64,000 nt of DNA. It comes from Candidatus Cloacimonadales bacterium. Its GTDB lineage: Bacteria; Cloacimonadota; Cloacimonadia; Cloacimonadales; JAIOQZ01. The notes under the pieces are model-generated. The model did not search any database. It was not told the DNA's origin and saw only the letters and a program-made list of their open reading frames with translations. Below, piece after piece: positions 59,661-64,000 of the stretch (position 1 is its first letter; each line of letters starts with the position of its first letter). The stretch is from NCBI GenBank assembly GCA_963662655.2, contig CAXXTU010000002.1, positions 1,472,001-1,536,000 of the forward strand. The letters are read 5' to 3'. Both the position numbers and the translations under genes were made by a program.

Positions 59661-60464
59661 ATGAGAAGCGTAACCTCGTTCCAGGAAATGAAAAACAAGG
59701 GCGAGAAAATCGCCATGCTCACAGCATACGATTACCCTTCCGGCAAGATGGTTGCCAAAGCCAGCGCCGACGTGATTCTAGTGGGCGACAGCCTCGGAAT
59801 GGTTGTGCTGGGCTATGAAAACACGCTGCAAGTGACGATGGACGATATCATTCACCACACGAAGGCCGTGCGGCGCGGTGCACCGGATATGTTCATCATC
59901 AGCGATATGCCCTACCGCAGCTTCCACCTCGATCTGCGAACCACCAAGGAAAACGCCTTCCGCCTGATCATCGAAGGCGGAGCGAACGCGGTGAAGCTGG
60001 AGGGCGGAAGCGAAAGCCGCCTGGAAGCGATCCGCGCCATCGTCGATTGCGAAATACCGGTGGTGGCTCATCTGGGGCTTACGCCGCAGTCGGTAAACAA
60101 GTTCGGCGGCTATAAGGTTCAGGGCAAGGACACCGATTCCTCGGAGCAGCTCTTCGAGATGGCGAAGCGCATCGAAGAGGCCGGGGCATTCATGGTTGTG
60201 CTGGAAGGCATTCCCGAAGCGCTGGGCAGAAGAATCAGCCAGACGCTCAAGATACCGACTATCGGAATCGGCGCCGGACGCCACACGGACGGCCAGGTGC
60301 TCGTGTACCACGATCTTCTGGGCCACAGCGAGTTCAAGCCGAAGTTCGTGGAGCGCTACGAGAACTTGAACACTCGCATTTCCGAAGCGCTCGCCTCGTG
60401 GTGTAAGGATGTTCAGGAAAAGAAGTTCCCCAAGCGGGATCAGGTATATTTCCCAGAAGAATAA
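59661..60464 (+). CDS. panB: 3-methyl-2-oxobutanoate hydroxymethyltransferase
   Basis: 'MLTAYD', 'LVGDSLGM', 'DMPY', 'VKLEGG', 'HLGLTPQ', 'IGIGAG..DGQVLV'. Confidence 0.97.
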   Translation: MRSVTSFQEMKNKGEKIAMLTAYDYPSGKMVAKASADVILVGDSLGMVVLGYENTLQVTMDDIIHHTKAVRRGAPDMFIISDMPYRSFHLDLRTTKENAFRLIIEGGANAVKLEGGSESRLEAIRAIVDCEIPVVAHLGLTPQSVNKFGGYKVQGKDTDSSEQLFEMAKRIEEAGAFMVVLEGIPEALGRRISQTLKIPTIGIGAGRHTDGQVLVYHDLLGHSEFKPKFVERYENLNTRISEALASWCKDVQEKKFPKRDQVYFPEE

Positions 60465-60478
60465 TGCAGGAGAAATAA

Positions 60479-61102
60479 ATGGAAGAATTGAACATGATCG
60501 AACAAACTCCGGAAGAGAAGCTCGCCGCGGTGGGCAAGCTCAAGAAGAATCTCGAAGACAGCTTCGTGATGCTGGGCGCGCTACTTTCCGAGATCAAGCG
60601 AAGCAAGCTTTTCCGCCTGAAGGGCTACAAGAACTTCAAGGATTTCATCGAGACGGAATACGCCATGGCGGGAAGCTTCGCCGGTAAACTCATCGGCATC
60701 CACGACCTTTTCATTCAGGAGCTCGACATCAGCGAAAACTCGCTCAAGCAGATCGGCTTCGACAAACTGAGCATGATCAAACCGCTGGTGAAGAACTGCG
60801 CCTACGAAGAAACCGAGGGCTGGCTTAGCAAGGCTGAAGACCTCCCGACTCCCGAGCTTCGCGAAGAGGTCAAGACCGAGAAAGAGCGGCGTAAAAAGAA
60901 CGACAAGACGCTCAAGGATGTCTTCGTCGATCAATTCTTCGAGAAAATGACGACCAGCTTCAACTGCAGCAAGAAGGACCTGTTTTACAAGCTGGCAATC
61001 TACTTCCAGGACGTCGATCTTACCGAGGTCAAGGACTCGGTGCGGCTCAAGCAGCGTAAGCTGGAAGAAGCAGAACAAATGGAGGGAATGCCGCGCGTTT
61101 GA
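60479..61102 (+). CDS. Hypothetical protein (helical, charged)
   Basis: 207-aa ORF with SD AGGAG and host-like codon usage. Confidence 0.7.
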   Translation: MEELNMIEQTPEEKLAAVGKLKKNLEDSFVMLGALLSEIKRSKLFRLKGYKNFKDFIETEYAMAGSFAGKLIGIHDLFIQELDISENSLKQIGFDKLSMIKPLVKNCAYEETEGWLSKAEDLPTPELREEVKTEKERRKKNDKTLKDVFVDQFFEKMTTSFNCSKKDLFYKLAIYFQDVDLTEVKDSVRLKQRKLEEAEQMEGMPRV

Positions 61103-61185
61103 TAGCATATTGTACCATTTCCGCCGCGTTCGTTCAAGAATCCCCGCGGAAAGCGATTATTTGAGAAACCAAAAAAGAGGTAACT

Positions 61186-62742
61186 ATGCGACAGCTTAAA
61201 ATCTTATGGGTCGATGACGAAGTCGAACTCCTGAAACCGTTTGTAATCTTTCTCGAAGACAAAGGCTATAAAGTAACGACCGTTACCAACGGCACCGACG
61301 CCATCGCCTACGTGGTGAAAGAGAAATTCGATCTGGTGCTGCTGGATGAAATGATGCCCGGCCTGGACGGCCTTTCCACTCTCCTGGAAATCCGCAAGAT
61401 CAACACATCCATCCCCATCGTAATGGTCACGAAGAGCGAAGAGGAAGGCCTGATGGACAAGGCCATCGCGCGGCAGATAACCGACTATCTGATCAAACCG
61501 ATTAACCCGAATCAGATCATCATGGCCGTGAAAAAGATTTTCCAGGCGGACGAAATCCGCCAGAATCAGATCGGCGAAGAATACTCCCGCTTCTCCGCAC
61601 AGCTCAATCAAAGGCTCTTCGCTGCGCCGCAATGGGACGACTGGACGAACATCTACCGCGATATGTGCCGCTGGGACATCCAGATCGACGAGCTGAACGA
61701 CGCGGGGCTCTCACACATGCACTTCCTCGAGAAACGCAACTGCAACACTGAGTTTTGCAACTACATCGAAGAACACTACGGCGAATGGCTGAAAAGCGAC
61801 GATCGCCCCTCGTTTTCCTTCGACGTGATCTCCGAATACATCTCCCCCATCTTCGAGGAGGAGAAGCCGGTCTACTTCATCATTCTCGACTGCATGCGGC
61901 TCGACCAGTATTTCGCGCTGGAACCGTTCATCAGCGAGCTGTTCAACGTAGACCTCCAGCTCTACTACTCCATACTGCCCACGGCGACACCGTACTCCAG
62001 GAACGCGCTCTTCAGCGGACTCCTGCCTGCGGACATCGCGAGGAACTTCCCCGAGTACTGGACCGATTCCCACGATATCGACAACAGCAGGAACCGCAAC
62101 GAACACCAGCTCCTGGACGCCCACCTGAGAGACCTCGGACACAACCTCGATCCGGGCTCGAAATACGTTAAGATTTTCAACATCGAAGAGGGCAACTTCG
62201 TTCTCCGCAAACTAGACTCTTGGAGCAAAGATAAGCTCGTGGTACTGGTATACAATTTCCTCGATCTCCTGGCTCACCATCGTTCCAAGGATCAGATTTT
62301 GCAGGAGACCATCCCGGACGAGCAAGCACTCCGTGCATTCACCAAACACTGGTTCATGCACTCCTCGCTCTACGAGACCCTCAAACAGATATCAAAGCAG
62401 GACGCGACCGTCGTGATCACCACCGACCACGGTTCCATCCGCGTCAACCGCGCAACTCAGGCTGTCGGCGACCGCGACACGACCATCACCGTGCGTTATA
62501 AGGAAGGCAAGAACCTCACCTGCAACGAGCGTCACGCGGTCTACGTCAAGAAACCCGGCTCGTACGGACTTCCCACCAAGAATATCATCGATAACTATAT
62601 CTTTGCGAAGGACGACTACTACTTCGTCTATCCGAACTCCTACCATCAGTACCAGAAGCAGTACAACGGCACTTTCCAGCACGGAGGCATCTCCATGGAA
62701 GAAATGATCCTGCCTCTGGCGATCTGTAGAACGAAGAGTTAG
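61186..62742 (+). CDS. porX: PorX-like response regulator (receiver + PglZ/alkaline-phosphatase domain)
   Basis: 'ILWVDDEVELLKP', 'LDEMMPG', 'MVTKSEEE', 'YLIKPINPNQI', 'LPTATPYSRNA', 'TTDHG', 'FQHGGISMEEM'. Confidence 0.85.
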   Translation: MRQLKILWVDDEVELLKPFVIFLEDKGYKVTTVTNGTDAIAYVVKEKFDLVLLDEMMPGLDGLSTLLEIRKINTSIPIVMVTKSEEEGLMDKAIARQITDYLIKPINPNQIIMAVKKIFQADEIRQNQIGEEYSRFSAQLNQRLFAAPQWDDWTNIYRDMCRWDIQIDELNDAGLSHMHFLEKRNCNTEFCNYIEEHYGEWLKSDDRPSFSFDVISEYISPIFEEEKPVYFIILDCMRLDQYFALEPFISELFNVDLQLYYSILPTATPYSRNALFSGLLPADIARNFPEYWTDSHDIDNSRNRNEHQLLDAHLRDLGHNLDPGSKYVKIFNIEEGNFVLRKLDSWSKDKLVVLVYNFLDLLAHHRSKDQILQETIPDEQALRAFTKHWFMHSSLYETLKQISKQDATVVITTDHGSIRVNRATQAVGDRDTTITVRYKEGKNLTCNERHAVYVKKPGSYGLPTKNIIDNYIFAKDDYYFVYPNSYHQYQKQYNGTFQHGGISMEEMILPLAICRTKS

Positions 62743-62771
62743 AAAGCAGAGTCTTGCAACTAGAAAGCGAC

Positions 62772-63620
62772 ATGCAAGAGATCATACAACTGCTCACCCA
62801 ATATGATTTTATGCGCAACGCGGTGCTGGCGGCGATCTTCGCCAGCATCCTTTGCGGCATGACGGGCACGCTCGTTGTCATCAAGCGAATCGCGCTCATC
62901 AGCGGAGGCATCGCTCACACTGTACTCGGGGGCGTCGGGCTATTCTATTATCTCGGCTGGAATCCGTACCTCGGGGCGTTCATTTCCGCTATCGGAGCGG
63001 CGATTCTCATCGGGCTCGTCAAGCTCCGCGCCGGCGAGCACGAAGACACCCTCATCAGCGCCTTGTGGGCGATCGGCATGGCGTCCGGGATCCTCTTCAT
63101 GCAGCTCAAGCCCGGCTACAACAGGAGCCTGGTTTCGTATCTCTTCGGCAATATCCTCCTGGTATCGACCTTCGATCTCGTCATCCTCGGAGCCATGACT
63201 CTCGTCGTGATCGTGGTGATCTTCCTGTTGTACCGCCAGTTCCTCGCAATATCGTTCGACCAGGAGTTCTCGAAGTTGAGGGGCTTGAAATCGGAGTTCC
63301 TTTACATCCTGCTGTTGTGCATGATCGCGGTAACCATCGTCGTTCTGACCACCATCGTCGGCTTGATTCTCGCGATCGCTCTGCTGACCCTTCCCGCAGC
63401 CATTGCGGCGCTCTTCACGAAGACGCCCGGGACCATGATGATCTTCGCGATGATCCTTGGACTCGTTTTCTCCCTGGGAGGATTGTTCGTCTCCTACAAC
63501 CCCGGCCTCGCCCCCGGCTCGACGATCATTATTTTGAGCGGATCCGGGTACTTCATCGCCATTTTACTGCGGAAGCTCTGGAGACACTACCGCAATAAAA
63601 GGCAGTTTGGGAGTCTATAA
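62772..63620 (+). CDS. Metal (Zn/Mn) ABC transporter permease (ZnuB-like)
   Basis: 'GGIAHTVLGG', 'YLFGNIL', 'SFDQEF', 'VGLIL..ALLTLPA', 'GSTII'. Confidence 0.9.
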   Translation: MQEIIQLLTQYDFMRNAVLAAIFASILCGMTGTLVVIKRIALISGGIAHTVLGGVGLFYYLGWNPYLGAFISAIGAAILIGLVKLRAGEHEDTLISALWAIGMASGILFMQLKPGYNRSLVSYLFGNILLVSTFDLVILGAMTLVVIVVIFLLYRQFLAISFDQEFSKLRGLKSEFLYILLLCMIAVTIVVLTTIVGLILAIALLTLPAAIAALFTKTPGTMMIFAMILGLVFSLGGLFVSYNPGLAPGSTIIILSGSGYFIAILLRKLWRHYRNKRQFGSL

Positions 63621-63895
63621 AGCCAGTTCTTCCGTGTAAAAAATGTTATTCTTCAATTTCGGCCCCTAAGTACCCTTAATCCACTCTCATTTATAAGCTT
63701 GACGGCATATCAGGCCATCAATGCCCGAACATCGGGCTTAAATTAATGCAATATATATCAAAAAAAATGTGTTAACCGGTAAAAAACCCTTTACAATAAA
63801 TCTCCCGATTCTCAATCTTTAAAATGTTAATCTTATTGACTGTTACTGGGACTACTGAGCTGGGAAGAATAAGAGGATCATATCGAGGTAACAAT

Positions 63896-64000
63896 ATGAA
63901 TCGGGACAGCCTGTTCGATGACCTGAGATTGAACCGCCTTTTCTTGGAAGTAGACAAATCGCTTTTATGTGAACTTTCCAAGGACTGCTTCATCGAGCGC
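63896..64000 (+). CDS. N-terminus of a protein running off the window (possibly cNMP-binding domain)
   Basis: SD GAGG then MNRDSLFDDLRLNRLFLEVDKSLLCELSKDCFIER, open to the window end. Confidence 0.5.
   Translation, partial: MNRDSLFDDLRLNRLFLEVDKSLLCELSKDCFIER

Noticed and set aside
63772..63993. 73-aa minus-strand ORF at the window end
   Set aside because: It has no recognisable motifs and overlaps a better + strand start (SD + ATG 63896) and an AT-rich promoter region.

Overview
A gene-dense bacterial chromosomal window. It is probably Candidatus Cloacimonadota or another FCB-group lineage, inferred from five secreted proteins with the 'PNPFNP...NIRGQ...SGxY...LxK' FlgD-Ig/T9SS-like tail, a PorX-type regulator and a Bacteroidota-like serine palmitoyltransferase. 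Most of the window is housekeeping: pcm, surE, cysS, rsmD, comEA, xseA, EndoQ-like, M3 peptidase, recJ, a glycogen cluster (GH133/GT4/GH57), yhaM, rseP, tgt, panB, plus one complete ISL3 element. The strongest candidate for an undescribed system is a 7-gene minus-strand cluster (35675-46958): DsbD, an Omp28-like CxxC lipoprotein, TlpA, an outer-membrane beta-barrel whose only two cysteines form a C-terminal CxxxxC loop, and three secreted Omp28/thioredoxin-like proteins. I read it as a thiol-disulfide electron conduit from cytoplasm to cell surface. Two of the secreted genes keep an identical SECIS-like hairpin behind a Cys (TGC) codon, suggesting recent Sec-to-Cys conversion. Other points of note: an archaeal-style ferredoxin + geranylgeranyl reductase + polyprenol kinase + GT2 cluster; a previously unannotated family of long structured repeats with shared boxes (34063-34256 and 56996-57124); and a tgt gene that appears to start at AUU. 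No rRNA, tRNA or CRISPR array was seen. All family assignments come from motif recognition by eye, not from database searches.
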